A stretch of 64,000 nt of DNA, taken from the NCBI RefSeq assembly GCF_001194135.2, contig NC_068997.1:4738936-4802935 (forward strand). Reading direction: 5' to 3'. Below are positions 24,170 to 36,224 of the stretch, one piece after another. A program made the translations under genes and the position numbers. The number at the start of each line of letters is the position of its first letter. Positions within the stretch are counted from its first letter, which is position 1. The notes beneath the pieces are model-generated. The model did no database searches and was not told the origin of the DNA. It saw only the letters and a program-made list of their open reading frames with translations. Source of the stretch: Octopus bimaculoides (Eukaryota).

Positions 24170-26602
24170 GGTGTGGGTAAAAGGTTTTTTTTTCACCCTA
24201 AATTTATATAGCAATAAGAAAATGGAGGGGAATATGAGGTTCTCATCAACTTGCAGGCACTGTATTCCGTTGATTAATCTGTTTATTTTATAACCAAAAT
24301 GACAAAAAACACAATATACAGACACTTATGACATACCATGTCATATCAACAATTAAGATTTCAAATTTAATGGACATCTAGCAATTGGAGAAGGGATAAA
24401 ATCTGGTTGGGGAAGAAAAGGTTTGACAAGAGAGGTAGAAAGAAGAGGAGATAGTAAAGTATTGGTGATCCCAAAACGAAGGTGCGCATGCGTGTGTGTG
24501 GATAGGGGCTAGTGACTTTGACATGTGGATATGTGTGTGTGTGCGTCTGTAATGTGTGGGTGTAATAGGTGTGCAGATGATGGTATGTGGTGTGGGTACT
24601 GCGAAGTGGTCAGTGCTAGTGTGTGTAGAGTAGTGTAGGGTGGTGTGATGTAGTGTGGTGGTACGAGGTGGGGCGTGGGTGGAGTGGTGTCAATGAAGAG
24701 AGAAGGTGGGTAGGAGTGAAGAGAGGAAGTGTCAGAGGAAGAGAGGGGAGGAGAGGAGAGTAGGAGTGAAGAGAGGAAGTAGGTGCCAGATGTAGAGAGG
24801 AGAGGATGGGAGTTAAGCTCATGTGGTGCAAAGGAGCAAGGAGAGAAGATTAAATCCTGTTCACAGCAAAGGTGGGAGCCCTGATGGCTCCTGTGCAAAG
24901 ATAATCCGAACACAGACAGGTGTTGTAGTGAATGACTGGTAGAGCGGAAATGGCACAAGATTAAGGCGTCGTTGCCAAGTCTGATGTCTCGGAGGTGCTC
25001 CGCGAACCGGTCAGCCAAGCAGCATCCCATTTGACCGATGTACAGAGAAGGGCAGAAAGAGAAGGAGATGCAGTAAATGATGTTGCTAGAAGTGCAGGTA
25101 AAGGAGTCAGTGATATGATAGAGATGATGATGGTTGCCTGTGAGGATGGTGGTATTGGAGAGGTAGGGGCAAATGTGACAGTGTGGGCGGGAGCAGGAGA
25201 ATGAGCCAGGTTGGGAGATGGTGTTAGGGAAGAATCTGTGGACCAGGTGATCACACAGGTTGTGAACTAGTTTGAAAGAGGGAAGGGGTAGGTTGAGGAA
25301 GATGTGCGAGGTGGAGGTGTCGGACTGGAGTCACCGGAAGGCTCGGAGAATGGTGCGTTGGAGGGGTGGTAGGTGAAGGGAGGCAGGAAGAGAGAGCAGA
25401 GGCATGGTCCACGGAACATGCTCTGGTTAGGGCTGTGTGGATAGTGGTGAGGAGATATCCACGAAGGATGAAGGGGCGAGCCATGAGTTGAGACTCAGTC
25501 TCAAAGTCATGGTTGTCGCTGCAGAGCCTGTGCAGATGGAGGAATTGAGAGTAGGGGATGGAGAGCTTTGTGTGGGTAGGGTGGGAGGAGGAGAAGTTGA
25601 GGTATGAGTGTGAGTCGGTGTGTTTGTGTGGATGGAGGTAGTGAGAGCGGAATGGTGCATGTTGACTGAAATGTTGAGAAATGCGATGGAAGTGTTGGAA
25701 ATAGTGCAGGAGAATTCGAAGGCAGGATGGAAGGATTGGACAAAAGAAAGGAAGGAGTCTAGTTGTTCACAAGAGAGTGATGTCACACTGATACAGTCAT
25801 CAATATGATAACCGTATAGTTCAGGAGTGGGATCAGCGAATCGTAAGAATATTTGGACCCCAACGAACAGGTTCGCATAGTTGGGGTTCATTCTTGTTCC
25901 CATGGCCACTCACGAGACTTGTTAGTAAAAATTCCCCGCAAGCAACAAGCAGTTGAGGAAGAGAACAAGTTCAGCCAGACAAAGAAGTGTAGAGGTGTCA
26001 AGTTGGGGTCTGGGTTGAAGGTCTAGGAAGTGTTTGAGTGCAAGAAGTCCTTCGTTGTGTGGGATCACCGTATATAGACTCTTGATATCAAGAGTGAAAA
26101 GAAATTTAGAGGGGCCAGGAGGGAAGGAGAAGAGATGGAGAGCATGGTTAGTGTTGCGGATGTGGGAGGGGGGGAAGCCAATAGGGGCAATGACACGGTC
26201 AAGGTATTTTGAGATCAATTCCGTTGGGCAGTTACAGGCGGAGACGATGGGGCGGCCAGGGTTGTTGGATTTGTGGATTTTGGAAAGGAAGTAAATGATG
26301 GGGGGNNNNNNNNNNGCAGTTACAGGCGGAGACGATGGGGCGGCCAGGGTTGTTGGATTTGTGGATTTTGGAAAGGAAGTAAATGATGGGGGGGGGGGAG
26401 TGCGGACAATGAGGTGGGAGGGAGACCAGAGGAGGAGATGAGGTCATGGATAGTGGAGGACACAGTCTGTTGGTAGTTAGGTGTGGGGTTGAAGGGCAGA
26501 AGGCAATAGAAGAAGGTGTCTTGAAGTTGGTGGAGAGCTTCAGCCTTGTAGAGGTCTGCGCGTCACACTACCACGCCTCCACCCTTATCAGCTGGTTTTA
26601 TG
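24170..26602 (-). mobile_element. Penelope-like element, Neptune type (RT + linker Cys motif + GIY-YIG endonuclease), 5'-truncated and decayed
   Basis: IKPADKGGGVVV; IYFLSKIHKSNNPGRPIVSACNC; LFTLDIKSLYTVIPHNEGL; MAMGTRMNPNYANLFVG; HIDDCI; linker GSFSCSRPHCHICPYL...SFTC; SSNIIYCISFSFCPSLYIGQ...RFAEHLRDIR...HF. Frameshifts and a CGA>TGA-type stop are present. Confidence 0.9.
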
Positions 26603-26848
26603 TTGTCTGATTTGGCAGAGTTTCTACAGCTGGATGTCCTTCCTAACGCTAACCACTCCGAGAGTGTAGTGGGTGCTTTTACGTGCCACCGGCACGAAGG
26701 CCAGTCAGGCGGTACTGGCAACGGCCACGCTCAAAATGGTGTATTTTACGTGCCACCTGCACGGGAGCCACTCCAGTGGTACTGGCAATGAACTCGCTCG
26801 AATGTCTTTTCACGTGCCACTGGCACAAGTGCTAGGAAGGCGACACAT
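26603..26848 (-). mobile_element. RTE-tail repeat, 3'-truncated and fused to the PLE
   Basis: GGCACGT repeat units and gtggttagcgttaggaaggacatccagctgtagaaactctgccaaatcagac, then it breaks directly into PLE sequence (aacataaaaccagctgataag = IKPADK). Confidence 0.75.
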
Positions 26849-26851
26849 ATA

Positions 26852-27075
26852 CATATATATAAACAGACACACTTAAAAAGGAAGGAAGCGGGCTGTGACA
26901 AAGTATAGAAAACCGCATTCACAACAGACTGTACTACTCAGACATTATAAATGTATAGAGATGCACACACAGACAGTTGAAGCATTGTTTGGGTTTTTTT
27001 CTCACCTTTTTGTGCCCTTTTTATATATAAAATACTACAATTAGCCATCATTTTTGACAGCACGGGCTCAGCTAG
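26852..27075 (+). mobile_element. Probable non-autonomous Helitron (~225 bp)
   Basis: 3' signature: hairpin GCCATCA-tttt-TGACAGC (27044-27061; perfect if two CpGs are restored), 10-nt spacer, CTAG (27072-27075), then T. The 5' boundary near catatatataaa is approximate. Confidence 0.55.
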
Positions 27076-28557
27076 TAATAGTAATGATAATAATGATAAT
27101 AATAATATTAATTTTTATTTTTATTGAAAGAAATCATGCTCCAAAATACTGCGTTGGTTTATATACATATTTTAAATGAATCCTTTTAATTTTTTTTTTT
27201 TTTTTAAAGAATACCTTTTCCTATCAATGATTGTCTGTTATTGCAGTATTTGAGGTTATACAATAATATTCTTAGTNNNNNNNNNNNNNNNNNNNNNNNN
27301 NNNNNNNNNNNNNNNNNNNNNNNNNNNNNNNNNNNNNNNNNNNNNNNNNNNNNNNNNNNNNNNNNNNNNNNNNNNNNNNNNNNNNNNNNNNNNNNNNNNN
27401 NNNNNNNNNNNNNNNNNNNNNNNNNNNNNNNNNNNNNNNNNNNNNNNNNNNNNNNNNNNNNNNNNNNNNNNNNNNNNNNNNNNNNNNNNNNNNNNNNNNN
27501 NNNNNNNNNNNNNNNNNNNNNNNNNNNNNNNNNNNNNNNNNNNNNNNNNNNNNNNNNNNNNNNNNNNNNNNNNNNNNNNNNNNNNNNNNNNNNNNNNNNN
27601 NNNNNNNNNNNNNNNNNNNNNNNNNNNNNNNNNNNNNNNNNNNNNNNNNNNNNNNNNNNNNNNNNNNNNNNNNNNNNNNNNNNNNNNNNNNNNNNNNNNN
27701 NNNNNATTCATATTCCCCGTAGCCGAAAAGGGGGGTTTTGTGTCGAAAAAAAGAAAAAGAAAATTAAGAAAAGGTGGGGGTTTTTGTGGGGGGGGGGGCG
27801 GAAGTCTTGCCCAGATTTCAAATGAAAAAGTCACGTAACTTTATGACCTTTTCCTTTAAAACATACATGCACTTTTACATATTAAATATGAAGTTTACGG
27901 TATCAATCTGGCGGTGCTGAGCTAAATGTGTGGGTTTACGAGTTCAAACCTAGGTCAACTTTCCATTTCATCCTTCTGAAAGACAATAAAATAAAGTGCA
28001 AGTCATATGCTGGGTCTTAGATGTAAATGGAAAAGAAGACTGCTACCACCACCACCCTATCTCTGCGGCCCGCGTATAAATTGTAGCATTGCGCCTAACC
28101 ATTGTTTGAAACACTTTTTTAAAAAGTCAAGGTGAAAAATTAGAACATTCAAATCTGCACGGCATTTCCTTACTGTAAAGTCATATATGTCAGTGGTACA
28201 CTGTAATAAATCAGTCTAACACACATACATACATACATACACTCACACACACATGCACTGAGACAGACGGACAGACGGACGGACAGAGAGACAAAAGGGA
28301 TGCCTGTGTGACATAATTCAATGTTATGCGATATCTGTGTTTGTAGTATGTGTATACATACGCACATACACACATACACGCGCGCAAACAAACACAGATG
28401 TGGATGCTTGTAAGTCTTCTGTATAAAGCGCAAAGTACAGGTTATTGAAAGGTTTGGTCGAAAACAATTCACACACAAATTTATGTAAACACATACGTGT
28501 ATGTACGTATGGGTGCACGCGTATGGAGATAGATACACACACACACACACACACAAC

Positions 28558-28760
28558 TGGCACTCCGTTGGTTACGGCGTCGAGGGTTCCACTTGATCCG
28601 ATCAACGAAACAGCCTGCTCGTGAAATTAACGTGCAAGTGGCTGAGCACCCCATAGACAAGTGTACTCTTAACGTAGTTCTCGTGGAGATTGATCGTGTC
28701 ACACCCTTTGAAATACAAGCTGAGTGGACTGAAATAAAATACCCTAACCATTCACCCACG
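28558..28760 (-). mobile_element. tRNA/CORE-type SINE (same family as 54688-54999)
   Basis: Shares gcaggctgtt..ttgatcggatcaa.tggaaccct...gtaaccaa.ggagtgcca with the 54.7-55.0 kb copy. Confidence 0.75.
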
Positions 28761-29777
28761 TTCCTTCACACACACACACCCATGTTTATAATATGTGTAT
28801 ATGTGAATGCGTGTATGTATACGTATGCCGGACAAAATATTTCTTAATCTCTAACATTTGTCAAACTTTCCTTATATATATATATATATATATATATNNN
28901 NNNNNNNAAGTATATATTTAAATTATGTCAGAAAAAATGTTATAAAATCTTTTTGGTATATAAACATTGTATTTTGAGAAATAACGGGTTTCGTGTTGTC
29001 TTTTCAAATTTCTCTACTTCATTGTAATATGTGTTCGCTCCATATATATATAATCACTTCTCTCTTAAGTTTTTATATTCATTACCAAAAAATAGTCATT
29101 CATAAACTCCGTTTACCAAACAATTTTCGAAAGGAATAAAAACATTTCAGCAATTTATTTCAATGATTTTGATGGCCAAAAAATATGCTTCTTTTTAATT
29201 CTTCTCTGTGAAACTGACGATAATTTCCCTGAGTGCGTGTTATCAGATGTATTGACAGAATTGTAAGAGCGTCGGAAAAAGTGTATTTGTGACATTTCTT
29301 CTGGTTCTCTTCGTCCTGTGTTCAAATCTCGCGAAAGTCAGTTTTGCCTTTCATCACTCTGCGATCGATTATTTTCGTTTTGTTTCAAGATACATCTTGC
29401 GAAACTCGAGGATGCATCATCAGTGATGTTTCTGGGATGTAATGGAGTTTCGGATCTTTCACCATTAGACTTCCTCACCCAGTTGACCCAGCTTGCATTC
29501 TAGTAACAGCAAACCACTGGTCTACCCTTTTTAATCCAGAACTATCTAGTAGTCGCTTTTTCTGCAGTTTCAGAAATGGAATTTATTGCCCTTCTCTTTG
29601 TTTCACTAATAATTCTAAGCCCAGTCACAGCTTTGCAGAATGAATGACCCCGTATATTGTCCCACCTTCTCCAGGATCCTTGTTGTCTTTCATCCTTCTG
29701 CAATCGATTAAAATAAAGTACTCGTCAGCAATGCTTCTTTTTCATACTAAAAGTTACTATAGATACACCCAAAATAC

Positions 29778-29943
29778 TTTAGCCAACACTGAGTTCATTA
29801 ATTAATCAATTAATAGATACACGAGACAGTCGCAGGCGTCTGTCTTGTGTACGGTGACAGTGAGGTTGTATAGAAACAAAACAGACTTCTACGACTGTCT
29901 CCTGTATCGAGTAATTAATTTACGAACTCAATATTGGCTAAAA
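29778..29943. mobile_element. Small inverted-repeat element (MITE-like)
   Basis: tttagccaacactgagttc...gatacacgagacagtcgcag pairs with ctacgactgtctcctgtatc...gaactcaatattggctaaa. Arms ~55 bp, spacer ~60 bp. Confidence 0.6.
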
Positions 29944-30444
29944 TAATCGAGTTGATGGTATCGACTAAGCTGCTGCCCTTAAAATTGCTGACCTTGTGCC
30001 TAAATAAAGACAAATTGTTAATCTTCAGATTAGTTGGATCCACCAGATGTATTCGAGCCGTGACCATCTAGTTTTATTTTATTTTATTTTTCTCTTATAT
30101 AGGGATAATAGCGTACAATGACTTGCGAGAGATTTGGCTGTTATTTCTAGCAGAAAGTACAACCCACAAGTAGTGTAGTATTTCTCTCGCATGCACACTG
30201 ACAAAAGTCTTATGATATAAGAGAGAGAGAGATTGTTTAATCCTTCAGACCTGATCCAGTCACTCATTACAGAAATGCATAACTATGGAGTTAGAATAGT
30301 TTTTCTTAGTACATGTGTAACCCCCCGCCCCCCTCGCGTCTTTAATACACTTGTCACCCAACCTTGCTAACTCCTGTTTAAAATTACTATGACAACTACC
30401 CACCTGTGAACCACACAAAAATACAACTCTATGTGGTCACGTAC

Positions 30445-30487
30445 CGTCTGCTAGATACGACAGTCAACAGTGAAGGATATAACAGGT
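30445..30487 (-). other. Candidate exon (probably 5' UTR) of a minus-strand transcript
   Basis: Acceptor-like tttccttcacttttgaag| and donor acg|gtacgt. Only one frame is open and it has no ATG. May instead be the 3' end of a longer GA-rich first exon. Confidence 0.35.
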
Positions 30488-31575
30488 CTTCAAAAGTGAA
30501 GGAAACACACCCATGCCCGAAAATAAGATCTGGTCACCTTCGTCAGCGTTGGTCAGGGGCCAAACACACCTTTTTGACTCCTTCTCCTCCCACTTCATCG
30601 TTCTTATTTTTCCTTTGCTTCCTCTTCTCTTACCCTTTTCTTCCCATTTCGTCGTTGTTTTTTCTCTTCTTCCTCCCTTCTCTTCTCTTACTCGTTTCAT
30701 TTACTCTTTTTTCTCCTCTTTTCACCCTCTCCTATATCTTTCTCCTCCCCTTCTTCCCTATTCTTTCCATTTTTCTCCCACTTGTTCTTTTCCTCCTCCT
30801 GTTCCATCCTCTCTCTTTCTCTCTGTTTCTCTTTTTCCCATTCATTCTTTATTTCCTCCTCCTCTGTCTTATTCCTTATTTCTCTTCTCTCACTCTCTTT
30901 CTCTTTACTGTTGTTCTCTTCCTTTCACTTCTTTCTCTTCCTCACTAATTTTCCTTTCTCTCTCGTAATCTTCTTCCCCCTCTTCCTTCGCCTCCGACAC
31001 GCACTAGCTGATCTATCTCCATCCGTGCGAGAACTGGGTCAGAACAAACCACCGTCACCACTATACTCGTTATCACCGACAACACCACCACAACTGCTAC
31101 TATCCATTCTACCCCTCTCCCACCTCACCTCACCATCAACTAAGCCGACTCAGTTTCACTACTATTACTACTAACAGAGCAAGTGGTTGTCTCCTGCACT
31201 GACCACTCTCACTCAAGTCTACACTCAATCTTCTCATCCTATCACTCTTACGATAAATGTAAGAAGCAGAGAAAATGAAGAGCTGAGATAGAGAGAGGGT
31301 TCTCTTATGCTATGTCATCTTCCACTTCCTCTCTCTTAGTCTTTCTCTTCTCGACACCTGTCCTCTCTCCCTTTTCAACCCCTCTTCCTTCTCCTCGTGC
31401 CTACTTCTTACTCCCCCCCTCCGTACTGCTTTCTAATCTCTCTCTCTCTCTCTTCCTCAACGCTTTCCTTTTTACCTCTTTCTACTACGTCTTTCTAGCT
31501 CTCCGTCATCCCTCTCATCTTCCCATTAATATTACAGTCTCTCTCTCCCTCCACCAACACCCCCATCGCATTCAC

Positions 31576-31590
31576 TGCCTCTAGATGGCG
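31576..31590 (+). promoter_or_regulatory. CTCF-like motif
   Basis: tgCCTCTAGATGGCG fits the CC(A/T)SYAGRKGGCR consensus and lies between the two outward-facing candidate exons. Confidence 0.4.
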
Positions 31591-32185
31591 TAAAGATTCC
31601 TGCAAAAGGAGGGGACAGGGTTACCGCAAAATAAAAAAAACATTTTTATTATAATTATAAACACTATAATTAATTATTTTTGTTTTCTACGAAGACTTGG
31701 TTTTTTTTCTGGATTTGCCTTGCTTCGTCTTCCTGCGATAACCGTATGTGTGTGTTTGTTTATTTTTGTTCCCCTCCCCCCACTTTCATTCACTTTTCTA
31801 CTTAAGAACTATGTTTAAAATTGCAATTAAAGGCCGAAAAATAATTAACAATTATATAAATATATCTCTTTTAATTTATTGTTTTATTTCGTTACTGTAA
31901 TAATGCGGGGGGGGTATGAGGAAGACGTTGCGTGTGAGAGGAGTGTAGCGTATTTTATTCAAATGAAAGAAGACGCAAACCAAATTTTTATATATCCAGT
32001 GGAGTTGTGAGGGAAGAAAAATAGAGACAGAGAAGAAGAGATTGTAACTGCTAGTGTTTATTGTGTGTGAATATATATAGAGACAGAGAGAAAGAGACAA
32101 AGAGACAGACAGACAGAAAACACCTAGTGTTTAATTGTTATATTATTACTATTATAATATAGCGAGAGAAGTGTATGAGCTTGTG

Positions 32186-32245
<60 letters not shown>

Positions 32246-32606
32246 GATACAAGGATGTATGTATGTCTATATGCATCTTGGAGCGGCACGTGTAAATTCG
32301 ATAGATAGATAATGTGTGAGTGGTGCGCCTGTTTTGCAACAGAAACGACAGTTGCAGCCACGTCTTGGTGAAGTTTGTCGGGGAAATTATTAAGAAGTAG
32401 AAGTAAAAGAGAGGAACTAGAAGGGGAAGAAAAAGGAAGGAGAAGCAGAATTAGAAGGTTGAAGGAAAAGAAGAACGAAGAAGAAGCCAAAAAAAAAATC
32501 AGTATTACAAGGTTGCAGCAGAAGAAAGAGAGGAGAATTTGGCAAAATCCGAGCGACGATATGGGACCATATTATCAATATATTATTACCTGAGAGAAGT
32601 TAGAAA

Positions 32607-32650
32607 ATGTCTGTCTTTGCTGACAGCAACGATGTAGTTGGCAATTCTGC
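32607..32650 (+). CDS. Candidate first coding exon of an unidentified plus-strand gene (MSVFADSNDVVGNS(A), phase 2)
   Basis: ATG in agaaaATGt (A at -3), open to donor gc|GTGAGT at 32651. Preceded by a GA-rich CpG-containing leader (~32300-32606) with a short uORF (MGPYYQYIIT*). Confidence 0.45.
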
Positions 32651-33131
32651 GTGAGTACACAGGCATTCTTAGATACTTATAATTAATTCCTTAATTATTT
32701 ATTGTTCTAATATTAATGTTGTTGTTGTTGTTATTTTAAACCGTGGAAAGCAGCCAGAATATTTCATTACTGTCATCTTCTCTGGATTAGTGTTATTGTT
32801 TATTAAAAGATTATTCGCTTCCTTCGCCTTCATACACTTTTGTCTCTCTTCCTCTCCCGTCTATCTTTCTATTTATTTATCTCTCTATCGTTTATCCATC
32901 TTTATACCTATATATTTATCTTTCATTCTCCCTAAATATATATATATATATATATATAGACACTAACAAACACAGGCAATATTAGACAATATAGGTGATA
33001 TTACATATAATGTATATATGTCAGTAATATGTCTTAATAACACGTACATAGTTACTTGTTTATAGAGTAATAAATTAAGCCCATCGGTTAGCATATAAAC
33101 ATACACACCTACATACACACACACTATGTAG

Positions 33132-33162
<31 letters not shown>

Positions 33163-34244
33163 CATATATAGGAACTGTGTTTATAATTGTGGATATTTCA
33201 AATGTATGCGTATATATTGTATAATATCTAGGTAGTCTACATATAACGTTTGTGTAAATATAAATGTAAATATAAATTCTATACCGTCAACCCCATCAGA
33301 TCTACACAGACATTGGATGAGAAAGACTATTTACCTTTGTGAATGTCAATGAATTTTGTAGTTGAAACATCTTTAATAGACTTACAGTCAATCGTTTCAA
33401 CGTGTGTGTGTGTGTGTGTTCGATTTTGGTGTCATTATTACAAACCATTCAAGTTTGCGTGTCACCTCTTTGATTGAATTCTTGTTCGGTTTTTTATGTC
33501 CTTTTCTTAAATAATCCTTATTAAGTTTTCAATTCAGATAAATTTTATGTGTGTGTGTTTGGAATGAAAGAAATATAAATTGAATGAAATGCGTACGTTT
33601 TTGTATGCATATATATATTTATGAAATAATTACATATGTGTATATATACAAATTAATTGTATGTATGTAATTAAATATATTATGGGTTAATCTATGATCG
33701 ATAAAAATCCCCCGACATATATGTTTACATGCTTGGATAAAGCGAAAGCTATAATGGAGAGAGCTGAGAATACGTTGATGATGATGATGATGATGATGAA
33801 AGTAGAAATGTGACACTGATTCACATGTCTACTCTCCCACCAGCCCCCTGTCTCTCTCTTTCTCTCGTATACTCTCTCTTTCTTTCTGGTATTCTGGTAC
33901 TCTTTTCTCTCTATCTCTTTCTGTCAGTAGCTTTCACTTTGTAACATGTAAACACAACAGTTTGTGTGATATGACAATGTGTTTGTGTCTGTGTACGTGT
34001 GTACGCGTGCGCGCACGCGTGTAATGACTGTTATAGATGTATGTATACAGATATGTTTTGTGTTTATATAAAAACGTGTGTGTGTGTGTGCGGACCGATC
34101 GATAGATAGACAGAAATGAGTGTATGCGTATATGGAACTTACATAATATAAGGTTTGCGAACCGATTAAAATCTCGGTAATTTTTATTGTAAGATCGCCT
34201 TTTTGTTTAGTTATTTACTGACTTGGACAGTGTGTATGCATGAA

Positions 34245-34281
<37 letters not shown>

Positions 34282-35875
34282 GGAGAGAGAGTCCTTCCTG
34301 TCAAGTGTAGTGTTTCCTCAATTTTCGTGTATGTGTGTGTACATACATACATACATACATAAGCATAACTTTAATGAAAATGTATACTGTTTAGCCCCAG
34401 GCTAACTGATCCACCAGATCTATGATCAAAACCCTTTCAGTTGCGACCATTATGCCTTATGCATTATGTGTATTAGAAAACAGTAGTCCCTCTCTTGGAG
34501 TGTAAATTATAATTTGAGGGCGACTTCATTGTTACTTAAAGAGGTGGAAATGGTCTTACAGGAAAGAAGGGTCAGTCCGACCATGCGAACATTATCTTAA
34601 TTCACCAACGAACTAGCTAGAAATAGCAGCCAAATCTCTCTTGGGTCGTACACTACTATAATATTTAATAAGTGCACAGTAGCTCATACAATCTCCTAAA
34701 TACTGCTAAAAAAAGATGAGATGGTCGCAGCTGGAACGCCTTTGATGATATGTCAAGGGTCAATGATGACCTGTAGCTAAACAGCAACAACTGTTTAAGT
34801 TGTCTAATGTGTGAAGCCAGATCGAACAAGCGATCCAACCGTGACCGTCTCTATTTTTATGTTTTTGCTCGCAATGGGTGCATCTACGGGCACATTATAG
34901 AATGTTTACCTTAAGATATGATTTAACTGTTATTTCTAAAAGGCCGATTGACCATGCAAAGGTTCTATCCTTTGCGATAGTATAGTTTAACCCCCAGGTC
35001 AGCCAGAACCACTTGGTGGACCTATCAAGGTCAAAGACATAGCCCCTTCCTCCAGACCTAACCAATACAAACACAAATGATCGCGATGTGTCCTTTAAGT
35101 TGACCCCGCGTCGGCCCTGATTGAGCAGAGCAATGAATCAAAGGCTTCTCAGCCATGACCACCTCAGTGTTCGTCTCGGGCATTATGTATGTAGTACTAT
35201 ATTACCAATATGTCCTGACTTATTTTCTAGGTATACTGTAACTTAGAGGGCAATATCCAATCAGTGTTTCCTAGGTATAGTAGGCGATTTAGTTGCTATT
35301 TTTAGCTTGTCATGTGCCTATATATATTTCTTGTTGTTGTTCAGCTCCAGAAAAGTAAAGAACCTATAACAAAAAAATAAATAAAATGTCCTTTCACTTT
35401 TAAAGCAGTAGGGTGTGGTTGTGAGAAATTTGATTGTTATTACTAGCAGGTTGAGCGACCATGTAAAGTTTCCTTTCTCTATTGGCTCAATTAAATACCA
35501 GTTATATACTAGGGTTGATCTAATGGCGTGTACAGCCTTCTTCCTCTAATATTTATGGCTCTTGTGCCTCTCGTAGAAATCAATAAATTGCGGAACTTCG
35601 CCATAACAGTGTGTAATAGTTTCTCCTTAATGGCTGACTGATGATGTTAGTGGGGGTAGAAGAGGGGGCATGACTGGACCCTAATCTATAAAGATCGATA
35701 CATATACAGACATGTTGTGCGTGTGCAGGGGGACGAGGTAGGGAGGACTGGTGATAGAGCAGGAATGTTTTAATGGAGTCAAACAAAATTATGGTTGGCA
35801 ACTGCGTGTGTATGTGGTTCTAGGTTTGTGTGTGTGTGTGTGTGTGTGTGTGTAGTATGTATGAGTGTGTGTGTG

Positions 35876-35910
<35 letters not shown>

Positions 35911-36177
35911 AGTCTAGAAATGAGTCAGAAAAAGCAGGCACTGATATTGGTTATATAGAATGGGTATATATTATCATTATTGTTGTTGTTATTTATTACT
36001 ATTGTTATTGTCGTTATATATAAATATAAAAATATATAGTCGTTTTCATACAGGGGTTATCTCAACCCCTATGTGGATCTGACTGATAAAGTGGCTGATA
36101 GAATATATTAAATCTATTAAGTGTGTGTGTATATATATTTATAAATACATACATTTATGTATATACACACATACCCG

Positions 36178-36224
<47 letters not shown>

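Larger units (their letters stand above)
27840..35800. promoter_or_regulatory. CpG-retaining domain, candidate divergent promoter region
   Basis: By eye, CG dinucleotides are common here and scarce in the flanks. SINE copies inside keep CpGs that are TG/CA in copies outside. Contains outward-facing splice donors at 30444(-) and 32651(+). Confidence 0.6.

Noticed and set aside
24200-24360. Possible hammerhead in the PLE 3' tail (ttgatgagaacctc; atgacat-ggt-atgtcat hairpin)
   Set aside because: No GAAA box or stem I/III pairing could be assembled.
26226-26390. Exact ~80-bp direct duplication inside the PLE around a short N run
   Set aside because: Typical unmerged contig overlap at a placeholder gap, so likely an assembly artefact.
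27006-27070. Minus-strand ATG plus AAG|GTGAGA donor (MMANCSILYIKRAQK)
   Set aside because: Lies inside the Helitron-like element and is better explained as repeat sequence.
27707-27830. G-rich tract resembling a G-quadruplex
   Set aside because: Directly follows a gap and looks like low-quality read-end homopolymer inflation.
30406-31584. Long L/F/S-rich ORFs (up to 180 aa)
   Set aside because: Translation of CT-rich low-complexity promoter/UTR sequence.
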